64,000 nucleotides of DNA from Patescibacteria group bacterium (lineage in GTDB: Bacteria; Patescibacteriota; Patescibacteriia; UBA11705; DATKZF01): NCBI GenBank assembly GCA_049319825.1, contig JBMORT010000009.1:131349-195348 (forward strand). The letters are read 5' to 3'. Both the position numbers and the translations under genes were made by a program. Below are positions 29,523-40,084 of this stretch, piece by piece. The first letter of the stretch is position 1. Each line of letters begins with the position of its first letter. The notes under the pieces were generated by a model. The model worked only from the letters and a program-made list of their open reading frames with translations. It ran no database searches and was not told the DNA's origin.

Positions 29523-30517
29523 TAAAAATAAAAAAAATCCTCATCTGGTCGACGCTGAGCATTTTAACGATAATTATAATTTTTTTAATTGCCTATTTAG
29601 CTATGCCGGCCAAAGAAAAAATTGAAAATCCCGTTTGGGGAGTTACGTTTACCCCCAGATTCGCCAAGGAGCTGGGAATTGATTGGCAAAAATCGTTTAT
29701 TTTAATGCTCGATGATCTTAATTTTCGCCATTTCAGATTGGCCGTTTATTGGGATGAAGTCGAATCGAAAAAGGGAACATTTGATTTCGGTGAATTGGAT
29801 TGGCTGATCAATGAGATAGAAAAAAGAAACGGATCGGTTATTTTGACGATTGGACGAAAGAATTTGCGCTGGCCCGAATGTTATCAACCGGCCTGGATAA
29901 AAGAGATGGCCGATGATCAAATCGAACAGCGTTTATATGAAATGATACGCGAAACAATCAATCATTTTAAAGATCGAAAATCAATTTACCTTTGGCAGGT
30001 GGAAAATGAACCGTTCTTCAGTTTTGGCGAGTGCCCGGCTCCCAAATCCAGGGTGATCGAAGCCGAAGTCGCGCTGGTGAGGAGCTTGGATAACCGCCCG
30101 ATAATGCTAACCGATTCCGGCGAGCTGAGTACCTGGCTTAAAACAATAAAATACCCCGATATTTTAGGCATCACCATGTATCGTGATGTTTCCAATCCAT
30201 GGACCGGCGATTTTCACTGGCCCAGTCCGGCCGGCTGGTATTCAAAGCGCGCCAAATTGGCGGAACGCCGGGTCGATAAGGTTATTGTGGCGGAATTGCA
30301 AATGGAACCTTGGTACAATCAGCCATTCACCAGTGTCGAGCCGGATGAACAGGCGGCCAAATTCAATATTGATAAAATGAAGGATAATATTGATTTCGCG
30401 AAAAAAGCCGGTTTTTCCGAATATTATTTGTGGGGAGCGGAGTGGTGGTTTTACATGGAAAAAAATGGTCATAACGAGTATTTGGAGCACATCAAGAGCC
30501 TCAATAAAAAACAATGA
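29519..30517 (+). CDS. Membrane-anchored clan GH-A glycoside hydrolase
   Basis: WQVENEP (acid/base), AELQMEPW (nucleophile), LWGAEWW. Confidence 0.75.
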   Translation: MIKIKKILIWSTLSILTIIIIFLIAYLAMPAKEKIENPVWGVTFTPRFAKELGIDWQKSFILMLDDLNFRHFRLAVYWDEVESKKGTFDFGELDWLINEIEKRNGSVILTIGRKNLRWPECYQPAWIKEMADDQIEQRLYEMIRETINHFKDRKSIYLWQVENEPFFSFGECPAPKSRVIEAEVALVRSLDNRPIMLTDSGELSTWLKTIKYPDILGITMYRDVSNPWTGDFHWPSPAGWYSKRAKLAERRVDKVIVAELQMEPWYNQPFTSVEPDEQAAKFNIDKMKDNIDFAKKAGFSEYYLWGAEWWFYMEKNGHNEYLEHIKSLNKKQ

Positions 30518-30739
30518 TCCCATGATAAAACACTTGCTTTTTGAGGCTGGTTCGAATATAATACATCAACGCCCATATGCCAATATTCTCAAAAAAATGT
30601 GTAATTTGCGATAAAAAGGTCATAAAACCGATTAAAAAGCATGATCAATATTTCTGCAGTGAACGGTGTGTTTTGGCATTTGAAAAAAAGTTGAAGGAAT
30701 TGGAGGGGATGAATTTGGATAACTGCTGTTAAATTGGGG

Positions 30740-30835
30740 TTACAAGATTGGATAATTGAATTTACGAGATTGCGAGATTTACTGTACAAGATATTACAAG
30801 ATTGGAGAATTGAATTTACGAGATAGTACGAGAAT
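30740..30835. repeat. TAC(N1-2)GAT repeat tract containing a 31-nt direct duplication
   Basis: TTACAAGATTGGA(T/G)AATTGAATTTACGAGAT at 30740-30770 and 30794-30824. Confidence 0.85.
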
Positions 30836-30852
30836 ATACTAATTTTACTAAA

Positions 30853-31323
30853 ATGGTTACGAAGATTCCGATTCCAAACTGGAAGTCAATTGATTCAAAA
30901 GGCGAGACTTTTGATTTTTTTGAATATCAGGACGATAAATGGATTTTGTTGATATTTTTCAGAGGCAAATTTTGCGGCTTGTGCAGAAAATTATTGATGA
31001 AGATTAATGACCATTTCGGCAAGCTGGAAAAGCTAGGGGTGAAACCGGTCGCCGTTTCCGGCGATACCAGACTTGGCGCCGCCGTTCTGCATACGTTTTT
31101 AATGATGCGCTTTCCAAATATTCCCGATGAGCAGCTTGAAATCGCCAAGTTTTTCGGCGTGCCGGCGGAAAAAAAAGGCCACGGCACATATTTACTGCCG
31201 GCAATTTTCCTAATCAATCCCAAGCATGAAATCGTTTGGGCGAGAAAAGGGGAGACGTTTGAAGATGTTGTTGAGTTCGAAGAACTGCTGACAGCGATAC
31301 GAAAATGCATGGATAATAATTAA
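30853..31323 (+). CDS. Peroxiredoxin-like redoxin (AhpC/TSA family)
   Basis: FFRGKFCGLC, PAIFLIN. Confidence 0.8.
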   Translation: MVTKIPIPNWKSIDSKGETFDFFEYQDDKWILLIFFRGKFCGLCRKLLMKINDHFGKLEKLGVKPVAVSGDTRLGAAVLHTFLMMRFPNIPDEQLEIAKFFGVPAEKKGHGTYLLPAIFLINPKHEIVWARKGETFEDVVEFEELLTAIRKCMDNN

Positions 31324-31429
31324 CTTGTTTAAATTTTTTTTCAGAAATGCGAGAAACGATAAACGAAAAGTGAATATATTGTTTTATTTACTCGCCTACC
31401 GCATTTCTTTATTGTTTCATCATAAACAC

Positions 31430-32455
31430 ATGCAGCTTTCAGATTTCGATTACCATTTGCCCATAAAATCAATCGCGCAAAAGCCAAAAAATCCTCGGGA
31501 CAGCTCGAGGCTGCTTGTTTATAATAGGCGGAATAAAAAAATTGTTCACGACCATTTCTACAATATTTCAAAATATTTAAATGCGGGTGATTTGCTTGTT
31601 TTTAATGACACCAAAGTTTTTCCGGCCCGGCTTCTGGGCAAAAAAGAAACCGGCGGCAAGGCTGAGATATTGCTGCTTGAGGAAATAAAAAAAAATGTCT
31701 GGAAAGCCGTGGTGGGCGCGAAAAATAAAAAACCAGGAATGAAAATATTGTTTGGCAAGGATCTTACGGCCACACTGCAAAAAAGATTGGATGACCTGGA
31801 ATGGCAGGTTAAGTTCGACTGCCGCGGAGATTTTTACAAAACCATTGAAAAAATCGGCCAGGTGCCGCTGCCGCCATATATCAAATCAAAAGAAAAGCAA
31901 TCCAGGCTGAAAAAAGAGTATCAAACCGTTTATGCCAAAAAATTCGGTTCAGCGGCCGCGCCCACGGCGGGATTTCATTTCACGAAAAATGTTTTAAGCG
32001 AGCTGAAAAAGAAGGGTATTGAATTTGCATACGTAACTTTGCACGTGGGCGTGGGCACATTTGCTCCGGTGCGAGCTGAAAATATTAAGGAACATCAGCT
32101 TCATTCGGAAAAAGTTGAAATCAATGAAACAAATCTGAATAAAATTTTTACCGCCAAAGCCAAGGGGCGAAAAATAATCGCTGTCGGCACCACATCGGCC
32201 AGGGTTTTGGAAGGAGTGATCGCTGCGAAAGGAATTAAAAAGGCGTTCAAGGGACAAACGAATATTTTCATCTATCCCGGTTACAAATTTCGGCTCGTCG
32301 ATGGATTGATTACCAATTTCCATCTACCAAAAAGTTCCCTGATCATGCTCGTGGCCGCGTTAATGGGCCGGGTAAAAATTTTGGATATCTATAAATTGGC
32401 CATAAAAAAGAAATATCGATTTTACAGTTTTGGCGACGCGATGATAATTATCTAG
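31430..32455 (+). CDS. queA: S-adenosylmethionine:tRNA ribosyltransferase-isomerase
   Basis: DFDYHLP, PLPPYI, AAPTAGFHF, TNFHLPKS, YSFGDAM. Confidence 0.95.
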   Translation: MQLSDFDYHLPIKSIAQKPKNPRDSSRLLVYNRRNKKIVHDHFYNISKYLNAGDLLVFNDTKVFPARLLGKKETGGKAEILLLEEIKKNVWKAVVGAKNKKPGMKILFGKDLTATLQKRLDDLEWQVKFDCRGDFYKTIEKIGQVPLPPYIKSKEKQSRLKKEYQTVYAKKFGSAAAPTAGFHFTKNVLSELKKKGIEFAYVTLHVGVGTFAPVRAENIKEHQLHSEKVEINETNLNKIFTAKAKGRKIIAVGTTSARVLEGVIAAKGIKKAFKGQTNIFIYPGYKFRLVDGLITNFHLPKSSLIMLVAALMGRVKILDIYKLAIKKKYRFYSFGDAMIII

Positions 32456-32457
32456 TG

Positions 32458-32517
32458 AAAGGCGAGAAGCGAGAGGCGACAAGCGAACCCGCGTATCGCT
32501 TAGCGCATTGCGCCTCT
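32458..32517. repeat. Inverted heptamer element: 4x NNNNGCG then 4x CGCNNNN
   Basis: AAAGGCG AGAAGCG AGAGGCG ACAAGCG .. CGCGTAT CGCTTAG CGCATTG CGCCTCT. Confidence 0.75.
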
Positions 32518-32527
32518 AACATTTTGT

Positions 32528-32992
32528 ATGAACCAAATCTCCGTAATCCTGCCAAATATCAGAAGCGCATACAATGTTGGTTCAATATTTCGAACCGGTG
32601 ATGCTATTGGAATTGAAAAAATTTATATCACCGGCTATACGCCGCGCCCGGATAAAGACAAAAAAAAGATTACCAAAACTTCATTGGGGGCGGAGCAGTC
32701 AATCCCCTGGGAATATTGGCCGCAAGCTTGGCGGTTGATTGATTGTTTGAAAGAGCGAGGTTATGCCATTGTGGCTTTGGAAAAAAACAAAAACAGCGCG
32801 GATTATAGAAAATTTAAGCCTCAATACCCCGTGGCTTTGATTTTGGGACATGAAGTTGACGGGGTCTCGTCGGCACTGCTGAAGCGCGCCGATCAAGTCA
32901 TCCATTTACCCATGCTTGGTTTAAAAAATTCCTTGAATGTCGCTTCCGCGTTCAGCGTGATCGCCTATCATCTGCGGTTTGCCCAAACATAA
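32528..32992 (+). CDS. TrmH/SpoU family RNA methyltransferase
   Basis: NVGSIFRT, ILGHEVDG, LPMLG..NSLNVASA. Confidence 0.9.
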   Translation: MNQISVILPNIRSAYNVGSIFRTGDAIGIEKIYITGYTPRPDKDKKKITKTSLGAEQSIPWEYWPQAWRLIDCLKERGYAIVALEKNKNSADYRKFKPQYPVALILGHEVDGVSSALLKRADQVIHLPMLGLKNSLNVASAFSVIAYHLRFAQT

Positions 32993-33030
32993 TTCGCATC
33001 CAAGAAAAAAATGTAGTATAATGACTGCAT

Positions 33031-33567
33031 ATGCTTAATCTTTCCCCAATAGAAAAAGAGGAACTTTTAAGTTTAGCCAGAAAAGCGATTGCGGCCAAAC
33101 TCGAAGGGAATGATTTGGATATTCCCACCGATAACCCGAATTTTTCAATCAACCGGGGAGTCTTTGTTACCCTGATGAAAAACAATGAATTGCGCGGTTG
33201 TATCGGCAATATCGAATCGCGAAATTCCGTCTGGCAAGGAGTGATTGAAAACGCGACAGCGGCGGCCTTTGAAGATCCCCGTTTTCTGCCGCTGCAGGCC
33301 GAAGAATTGAGCCAAATTCAAATCGAAATATCCATTCTGTCAGAACCGGAGCTTGCCAAGCCGGAGTACCTAAAGCCCGGGATTGACGGCGTGGTGATCA
33401 AGTGCGGTGAAAACAAAGCGACATATCTGCCTCAGGTTTGGGAGCATTTTAAAACCAAAGAAGAATTCATGGACAGCCTGTGCGTCAAGGCCGGCCTTGC
33501 TGAAAGGTCATGGCAAGACCCTCGGACGCAGGTCTTCACCTATCAGGTGGAGAAGTTTTCTGAATAA
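33031..33567 (+). CDS. amrA: AmmeMemoRadiSam system protein A (AMMECR1 domain)
   Basis: GVFVTL..LRGCIG, DPRF, ATYLPQVW. Confidence 0.92.
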   Translation: MLNLSPIEKEELLSLARKAIAAKLEGNDLDIPTDNPNFSINRGVFVTLMKNNELRGCIGNIESRNSVWQGVIENATAAAFEDPRFLPLQAEELSQIQIEISILSEPELAKPEYLKPGIDGVVIKCGENKATYLPQVWEHFKTKEEFMDSLCVKAGLAERSWQDPRTQVFTYQVEKFSE

Positions 33568-33574
33568 AATAAAG

Positions 33575-33660
33575 TGAGGTTACCAGATTACAAGATTTGT
33601 CATGCAAGATGGTACAGATCCTGTAAATCCGTACAGCGATCTCGTAATCTGGCAACCTCA
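33575..33660. repeat. Inverted TAC(N1-2)GAT element (4 units plus 4 inverted units)
   Basis: TGAGGTTACCAGATTACAAGAT (33575-33596) vs ATCTCGTAATCTGGCAACCTCA (33639-33660): 20/22 complementary. Confidence 0.85.
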
Positions 33661-33708
33661 AAATAAAAGGGTATTCCAATCTTGTCCTGTCTAGTACAGT
33701 AAATCTCG

Positions 33709-33745
33709 CCGGCCGGCCCTGCCTGACGGCAGTCAGGGCGGCCGG
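33709..33745. repeat. GC-rich REP-like palindrome
   Basis: CCGGCCGGCCCTGCCTGACGGCAGTCAGGGCGGCCGG. Confidence 0.6.
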
Positions 33746-33766
33746 TATATCTTGAAATATAAAAAT

Positions 33767-34744
33767 ATGAAAAAAATATTCATTAACGAATTAAACTCGG
33801 GCGACAATATGGATTCGCAGCCGTTTGTCGTCAGGAAAATACATTCGCAACGCGCTTCAAACGGCAAAGAATATTGGAATTTGACATTGGCCGATAAAAC
33901 CGGAGAAATTTACGCCAAGGTTTGGGCCGATAATTTGGCCAGCTGTGATCAAGTGACGGGCGGCGATGTGGTTTTGGTTTACGGCACCGTCAGTGAATAT
34001 AAAGAAAGAAAGCAAATTATCATTGCCAAAATGATTAAATCCGATGAGTTTGACATGAGCGATTTTATTGAAAAATCACAAAAAGACACAGCTGCCATGT
34101 TTGATTTCATTGAGCAAGCGATCAGCGCGATTGAGAATAAATTCGTAAAAAAATTAGTGCAAAGTTTTTTCACGGATCAAAATTTTATTGAGCGGTTCAA
34201 ATCGGCTCCCGGAGCGCAAAAGATCCATCACGCCTATGTCGGCGGATTGCTCGAGCATACTTATGAAATGCTAAAGTTTGCCCAATGCGTCGAAGCAGAA
34301 TACCCCGTGATAAATAAAGATTTGCTGACGGCCGGCGCGCTGCTGCACGATATCGGTAAAATGGAGGAATTGGCCGTATCAAGCGATATTGAAAGAACTG
34401 TCAAGGGCAAGCTGATCGGGCATTTAACTATCGGAGCGCTGACGATCGCCAAAAAAATGGATGCGATAAAAAATTTTCCGGAACACCTGAAAAATAAAAT
34501 ACTGAACCTTATTCTGGGCCATCACGGCAAATTGGAATTTGGCAGCCCGGTAAAACCGATGTTGCTCGAGTCGCAGGTTTTGTACCGCATCGACGAATTG
34601 TCGTCCAAAACCAATACCGCGGCGCGTGAATACGAGCTGGGATTGCCGACGTCCGAAGATTTTTCAGAAAAAAATTTCGCCTTGGATACGGAGATTTACA
34701 TTCGAAACGATGACGATAATCACACGCAAGTCAAGTTGATATGA
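33767..34744 (+). CDS. YhaM-like 3'-5' exoribonuclease (OB fold plus HD domain)
   Basis: LADKTGEI, HHAYVGGLLEH, LHDIGK, HHGKLEFGSP. Confidence 0.9.
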   Translation: MKKIFINELNSGDNMDSQPFVVRKIHSQRASNGKEYWNLTLADKTGEIYAKVWADNLASCDQVTGGDVVLVYGTVSEYKERKQIIIAKMIKSDEFDMSDFIEKSQKDTAAMFDFIEQAISAIENKFVKKLVQSFFTDQNFIERFKSAPGAQKIHHAYVGGLLEHTYEMLKFAQCVEAEYPVINKDLLTAGALLHDIGKMEELAVSSDIERTVKGKLIGHLTIGALTIAKKMDAIKNFPEHLKNKILNLILGHHGKLEFGSPVKPMLLESQVLYRIDELSSKTNTAAREYELGLPTSEDFSEKNFALDTEIYIRNDDDNHTQVKLI

Positions 34745-35943
34745 CTCAACACCAAAAATTGGATTTATTGATGATAAACATGTCCGCTTTCAGCGACTGG
34801 CAATCGGGCATAGTCAATAGAAATTATTTTATTTATCAATATCTGCGCCAGCGTCCTTGGGTGGATAATGTGATCGCCGCGGATTTTTTCCCCGTTAAAT
34901 TGAAGCCGGCGATCGGATATTATCCCCAAAATTTATTATTGGGTCTAAAGAATAAAAATATAATTTTCGGCGATCTGACCAGCGTCTGTTACCAGCACAG
35001 CGATAAAACTTATGTTTATTCGTCGATCGACGGCGTTTGGTCGAAGAAAATTATCGTCGCGGAAATAAAAAAAATAATCGATAAGCTGGGATTAAAAAAT
35101 GATCTGCTGGTTTGGTCTTACAACCCGATGTTTACGGAGTTTATTGATGAATTGAATTTTAAGATGTTTATTTTCGATTCGGTCGACAATTGGCTGGAGC
35201 ATTCGGCGTATTTAAAGCTTATTTCCCGGCAAAAACTTAAAAATAATTACAAGAAAATAGCGGATCGCGCCGATTTGATTTTCACTGTTTCCCGAGAGCT
35301 GATCGATTTTTATCAAAGTCTGAAAAGGAAAAGCAACATTTTCTGGATTCCGAATGGTGTTGATTTCGATTATTATAACGATGAAAAAAATTTACGGCAA
35401 AAAACCGAGCTCGATAACGAACAGCGAAAAATCATCGGCTATCTGGGCACCATTCAAGATCGAGTGAACATTGATTTGATCAAATATATCGCGGAAAAAA
35501 ATTCGGATATGCTGGTCGCCCTATGCGGGCCGGTGTGGAAATCCGTCCGGCGCGAGATACATTTGAAATTAAAGCCGTTGCCAAACGTCAAATTGTTCGG
35601 GCGAATACCTTATCAAAGCGCGCCGGCTTACATAAACAGATTCAGCGTTGGCATTATTCCGCACCGGCTGGATAAATTTATCGCTTCGACGAATCCGATG
35701 AAGCTGTATGATTATTTGGCGCTGGGCAAGCCGGTGGTCAGCACGGCCGGCGCCGGAGTCGATGTTTTCAAGGACATTATACACATCGCCAAAAGTCCGG
35801 CTGAATTTAATAAATTGATCCAAAAATCTTTTCACGATGATCCGAACTTGGCGAAAAAGAGGATAACCGCGGCCCGGGAGAACGATTGGCAAAGTCGAAT
35901 TGACATGATGGAAAAAATAATTTTTAATGATTATCAATCATAA
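34741..35943 (+). CDS. Glycosyltransferase (GT4/TuaH-like)
   Basis: IPNGVD, IGYLG, NPMKLYDYLALGKPVVST. Confidence 0.85.
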   Translation: MTQHQKLDLLMINMSAFSDWQSGIVNRNYFIYQYLRQRPWVDNVIAADFFPVKLKPAIGYYPQNLLLGLKNKNIIFGDLTSVCYQHSDKTYVYSSIDGVWSKKIIVAEIKKIIDKLGLKNDLLVWSYNPMFTEFIDELNFKMFIFDSVDNWLEHSAYLKLISRQKLKNNYKKIADRADLIFTVSRELIDFYQSLKRKSNIFWIPNGVDFDYYNDEKNLRQKTELDNEQRKIIGYLGTIQDRVNIDLIKYIAEKNSDMLVALCGPVWKSVRREIHLKLKPLPNVKLFGRIPYQSAPAYINRFSVGIIPHRLDKFIASTNPMKLYDYLALGKPVVSTAGAGVDVFKDIIHIAKSPAEFNKLIQKSFHDDPNLAKKRITAARENDWQSRIDMMEKIIFNDYQS

Positions 35944-35953
35944 CAAAATATCT

Positions 35954-37192
35954 ATGAGAAAATTGGTATTGTCGCTGCTTATAATGATGCTATTCATTAT
36001 GCCCGCCGTCCAGGCGCAGGCGAAAGAAAGACCGCTGGTGGAAGATCAGCTACGGGAAATCTTCGACCGCTACTCGCATTATCTCGATCTGAAATATTAT
36101 GATGAATTCGGATCATGGCTTTTTAAAGCTCCGTCATACGGCTATGGAGATTGGATTTTTGCCAATTCTCCTCGTCTGACAATGAGTTTTGCCGCCTTTT
36201 ACAAATACCGCGCTCAAAACGGCGACCCCGAATCAACGGCCAAAATCGGGCAGGCGATTCGTCAGGCGATATTTCAGCAGCGCCTTAAGCCGAGCAGCAT
36301 GTATTCGTTCGACGGCGCCATAGCCAATTTTCTCATTGTCAGAATGATAGAACAGGTTCCGGAAGCATTGTCCGCCAAAGAAATTGATCAATATCGAAAA
36401 TTTTTAAATGCTCGGTTGCCCGAAGCTCTTCGCGCCGACGATACTGAAAATCGAGCGGCGTTGGCCGCGGTCTATTGGCGCTATTGCGCCGATTATCTGG
36501 AAAAATCCGGGTATATCATCCCCCCCGATGTTTATCAGACCATTGATGGCAAAATCGATCGAAGCGTCAGTCAATCTTTATCATCCGATTTTTTATATCG
36601 AGAAAACAATCAAACGGACTTTTCGCTTCATTATCATGTGCTCGAATCTTTTTTATTGACTGTGTACGGTGATTGGACCAAGCAGGTAAAGTTTGTGATC
36701 TTGGGCAGAGAAATGAATAAAAATACGCGATTAATGTCATTTGGCAACGGGTTTTTGGAAACAGCGCTCGGTCTGCGGCCCGCCGGCGCCAACAGTCAAA
36801 CATATCTGATGGCGGGCTTGCTCAGCAAGCGCTTTAAATTTGCCGATTACAATGTTTTTTTGGATCATCTGGCCGGATCAAATTTCTTTTCCGATCCCGC
36901 TAATGTCAACCGGTTGGAATGGCATAACACCTTGGCAAAAGAAGAGCGGGTTTATCATGATGATTATTCGTTTGCCAATATTGCCGAATTGGCGCTGGTC
37001 AGCGGCCTGCTTGAAAATCAGATCCAAGCCATCGGCCTTCTGGAATTGTCAAACGCGAAAACCAAGGATTCCGCCACATTTTACATCAATAACATGGGAA
37101 ACGAGATTATATTTACCGATAAAATATTGAAAAAATCAATACGGCTAAAACTCTCGACCGATGAGCAGAGCACGGAAATTCTGAGTTTTTAA
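35954..37192 (+). CDS. Secreted hypothetical protein (predicted alpha-helical)
   Basis: Signal peptide ..AVQAQA; lies within a glycan cluster. Confidence 0.6.
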   Translation: MRKLVLSLLIMMLFIMPAVQAQAKERPLVEDQLREIFDRYSHYLDLKYYDEFGSWLFKAPSYGYGDWIFANSPRLTMSFAAFYKYRAQNGDPESTAKIGQAIRQAIFQQRLKPSSMYSFDGAIANFLIVRMIEQVPEALSAKEIDQYRKFLNARLPEALRADDTENRAALAAVYWRYCADYLEKSGYIIPPDVYQTIDGKIDRSVSQSLSSDFLYRENNQTDFSLHYHVLESFLLTVYGDWTKQVKFVILGREMNKNTRLMSFGNGFLETALGLRPAGANSQTYLMAGLLSKRFKFADYNVFLDHLAGSNFFSDPANVNRLEWHNTLAKEERVYHDDYSFANIAELALVSGLLENQIQAIGLLELSNAKTKDSATFYINNMGNEIIFTDKILKKSIRLKLSTDEQSTEILSF

Positions 37193-37244
37193 AGCAGTGG
37201 GCATCATATGATAAAAATAAACCGATCCGTCATTTGATCAACGT

Positions 37245-38135
37245 ATGAAAACCTTATCGATTATCATTGTTTCATGGAATGTCAGCGCCTTGCTTATCAG
37301 ATTGATAAAATCCATTTTTGAGTATACGAAGGACATCGATTTTGAAGTGATTATCGTCGATAATAACTCAAAAGACGATACCATCGAGCAGCTGCGGTCA
37401 AAATTCGCCGAAGAGATCGCCAATGAAAAATTAATTATTTTGGATGAAAAAGAAAATCATGGCTTTGCCAAGGGCAATAACCTCGGCGCGGCCAGAGCCA
37501 AAGGAGAAATTCTTTGGTTTTTGAATCCGGACATGGAGTTTATCGAGGACTCGGCTAAAATAATGCTCGAGATATTAAAAAGCGATGATAAAATCGGCGC
37601 GCTGGGCTGCAAACTTCTTTATGAGGATCGCACAGCGCAGCCGACAGTGAAATCTTTTCCGGCGCTGCCGGATCAGGTTTTAATTTTACTTAAGCTTCAT
37701 CATTTGCTTAAAACAAAAAGCTTAAAAAGATATTTGGCAAAATACTTTCGCTATGACCGGCAGCAGGCAGTCGATCAGCTGATGGGCGCGTGCCTGATGA
37801 TAAACAAAGAAATTTTTGAAAAAGTGGGCAAGTGGGATGAGGATTACTGGCTGTGGTGGGAAGATGTTGATTTATGCAAAAAGATAAAAGACGCCGGCTA
37901 TAAAAATGTTTTCACGCCGGCGACCGCCATCATTCACTATGAAGGCAAGTCATTTGAGCAGGTGCCGAGCCTGGATAAGCAAAAGAGATTCAATAGGGGA
38001 ATGAGGATTTATTTTAGAAAGCATCATGGGTTAGGATCATATATCTTTTTGAGCGCTTTGTCTCCAGTCAGCCTGCTTCTCGCTTGGATAACGCAATTAT
38101 TTAAGGTGAAGCCTAAGACTCAGTCAAGGATATAA
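37245..38135 (+). CDS. GT2 glycosyltransferase
   Basis: IIIVSWN, VDNNSKD, GFAKGNN, LNPD, EDVDLC. Confidence 0.9.
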   Translation: MKTLSIIIVSWNVSALLIRLIKSIFEYTKDIDFEVIIVDNNSKDDTIEQLRSKFAEEIANEKLIILDEKENHGFAKGNNLGAARAKGEILWFLNPDMEFIEDSAKIMLEILKSDDKIGALGCKLLYEDRTAQPTVKSFPALPDQVLILLKLHHLLKTKSLKRYLAKYFRYDRQQAVDQLMGACLMINKEIFEKVGKWDEDYWLWWEDVDLCKKIKDAGYKNVFTPATAIIHYEGKSFEQVPSLDKQKRFNRGMRIYFRKHHGLGSYIFLSALSPVSLLLAWITQLFKVKPKTQSRI

Positions 38136-38167
38136 AGCCTTGTATTGATAGGCCGCCAGTTTTAATC

Positions 38168-38266
38168 AGATCTCTCGATTCCGCTATGCTCCACTCGAGA
38201 TGACAAATTGGGCGGCCCCTCCTCTTTGCCATTTCGACTAAGCCCGAAGGGCGCATGGAGAAATCT
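38168..38266. repeat. Pair of oppositely oriented REP-like elements
   Basis: (-) TTGTCATCTCGAGTGGAGCATAGCGGAATCGAGAGATCT and (+) TTGCCATTTCGACTAAGCCCGAAGGGCGCATGGAGAAATCT share TG(T/C)CAT(C/T)TCGA...GAGA(G/A)ATCT ends. Confidence 0.65.
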
Positions 38267-38276
38267 AAATAAGAAT

Positions 38277-39797
38277 ATGCCAAAACTTTTCGATAAAACA
38301 TATTTCACTGCAATCCTACTTTTCATCCTGGTAGAGATTTTATCGTTTTTCGCCTTTTATTTCCAGCTATTCAATACCATCACCTTTATAACGATCCTTG
38401 TTTTAACCGCTATAATAAGCTGGATAAAATATGAGTTCGGCCTTTTTATTTTACTGTCGGAATTGATTGTCGGCTCCAAAGGCTACTTATTTTCGATTCC
38501 GATAACCGATGAAAAAGCATTATCGATCAGGCTGGGGATTTTTCTGGTGATTTTCTTTCTCGGCATTTTCAAAATAATCAAAGATTTGCGTTCTAAAAAT
38601 TCCCGATTCGCATTTTGGCATTCCAAGCTGAGGAATTATTATGTTTTACTGGCAATCGCTTTGGTCTGGGGCGTAATCTGGGCGATTATCAGAAAAATCA
38701 GTTTGACTGACATCTTTTTCGACACCAATGCATATTTATACTTTGCTTTGACGCCGATTTTATACCAGCTGATCATAAAAAGGGAGCAGATTTACGGATT
38801 GCTGAAAGTTTTTCTGGCAGCGATCACTTATATTTGCGTAAAATCAATGTTTCTTTTATTTATTTTCAGCCATTTGGTCAGCTACACCCGGCCGGTTTAC
38901 CAATGGGTCAGAGACAGCGGCTGGGGGGAAGTGACGCTGCTGGCCGGAAATTTTTTCCGCGTATTTTCGCAGTCTCAAATATACGCGCTGATCGGATTTT
39001 TTGTCATATTTAGTTTAATTTTTTTAATAAAAAGAGAAGAAAAAAATCGGAATTTGCTCGGACTGTTTATATTGCTTGCCTTAACTTGTTCCACATTGAT
39101 TTTAAGTCTGTCTCGCAGCTTTTGGCTGGCGGGCGCAGCAGTATATTTGATCGCTTTGCTGATATTACTGTTCAAATTCAGGTATAGCGTTAAACAAACA
39201 ATCAAAATAGCGGCCATTTCAATCGGTATTGCCGCCATAAGCATCGGTTTAATCGCCGGTCTGGTGAAATTCCCCTGGCCGCGGGCGAATGTCGAGCTGC
39301 TGGCGTTGAGTTCACGCTTTCAAATCACGGGCGAGGCGGCCGTGTCATCGAGATGGAGCCAGCTGCCGGCGCTCGCTCAGGCGATTGCCCGGCATCCGGT
39401 CATCGGCTCGGGATTCGGCCAAACCGTTACCTACATTTCGCAAGATCCGCGGGTGCTTGAAGCAAATCCAACAGGTGAGTATACCACTTATGCCTTTGAA
39501 TGGGGCTATCTGGACCAAATTTTAAAATTCGGCCTGGCCGGACTGGCCATTTATCTGCTTTTGATTTATAAAATATGGAAATCAGGCTGGCAGGCCATAA
39601 AAAACCTTGATTTCAATTTTGACAAGGCCTTAATTGTCGGACTTTTACTCGGCCTGCTGGCGCTTTTGGGCACGCATATGTTCAGCCCCTATTTGAATCA
39701 TCCGCTGGGAATCGGCTTTATTATTTTAACGAGCGTATGGGTTGAGCTTTATGCAAATTCAGTCAATCGACAAACAGTCAAATTTAATGATAATTGA
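38277..39797 (+). CDS. O-antigen ligase (Wzy_C/WaaL) family protein
   Basis: LSLSRSFW, SRW..HPVIGSGFG, YLDQILKFGLAG. Confidence 0.85.
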   Translation: MPKLFDKTYFTAILLFILVEILSFFAFYFQLFNTITFITILVLTAIISWIKYEFGLFILLSELIVGSKGYLFSIPITDEKALSIRLGIFLVIFFLGIFKIIKDLRSKNSRFAFWHSKLRNYYVLLAIALVWGVIWAIIRKISLTDIFFDTNAYLYFALTPILYQLIIKREQIYGLLKVFLAAITYICVKSMFLLFIFSHLVSYTRPVYQWVRDSGWGEVTLLAGNFFRVFSQSQIYALIGFFVIFSLIFLIKREEKNRNLLGLFILLALTCSTLILSLSRSFWLAGAAVYLIALLILLFKFRYSVKQTIKIAAISIGIAAISIGLIAGLVKFPWPRANVELLALSSRFQITGEAAVSSRWSQLPALAQAIARHPVIGSGFGQTVTYISQDPRVLEANPTGEYTTYAFEWGYLDQILKFGLAGLAIYLLLIYKIWKSGWQAIKNLDFNFDKALIVGLLLGLLALLGTHMFSPYLNHPLGIGFIILTSVWVELYANSVNRQTVKFNDN

Positions 39798-39859
39798 CTT
39801 TATCATAAATCTCTGTTAATATCATCATAAACTGGAGTAACATTAAAGGGAGGTTTGAG

Positions 39860-40084
39860 ATGGATCCAGTGGACTTTCTGCTGCAGCATCCTGAAGTCTC
39901 CGAAGACGCGTTGAAATTGGTCACCTTGATTGCGTTTGCTTTGACCGTAATCGCGGTCATCATTATGATTTATTGCTATGAGCGTCGGCATCGAAATGAC
40001 AACGGCAATGGCGATGATGACGGTCACAAAGTGATTATTGGAAAAGATCACGACAAGGAAGGGTCGCGACATGTGGGCACTTGA
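39860..40084 (+). CDS. Small single-TM hypothetical protein
   Basis: GGGAGGT RBS, one TM, acidic tail. Confidence 0.55.
   Translation: MDPVDFLLQHPEVSEDALKLVTLIAFALTVIAVIIMIYCYERRHRNDNGNGDDDGHKVIIGKDHDKEGSRHVGT

Noticed and set aside
30740-30824. Possible mini CRISPR array (two 31-nt repeats, 23-nt spacer)
   Set aside because: Only two units, the spacer is made of the same TAC..GAT motif, and there are no cas genes; treated as part of the dispersed repeat family.
38208-38276. N-terminal extension of the O-antigen ligase ORF
   Set aside because: It reads through a REP-like element; the AT-rich ATG at 38277 is the more likely start.
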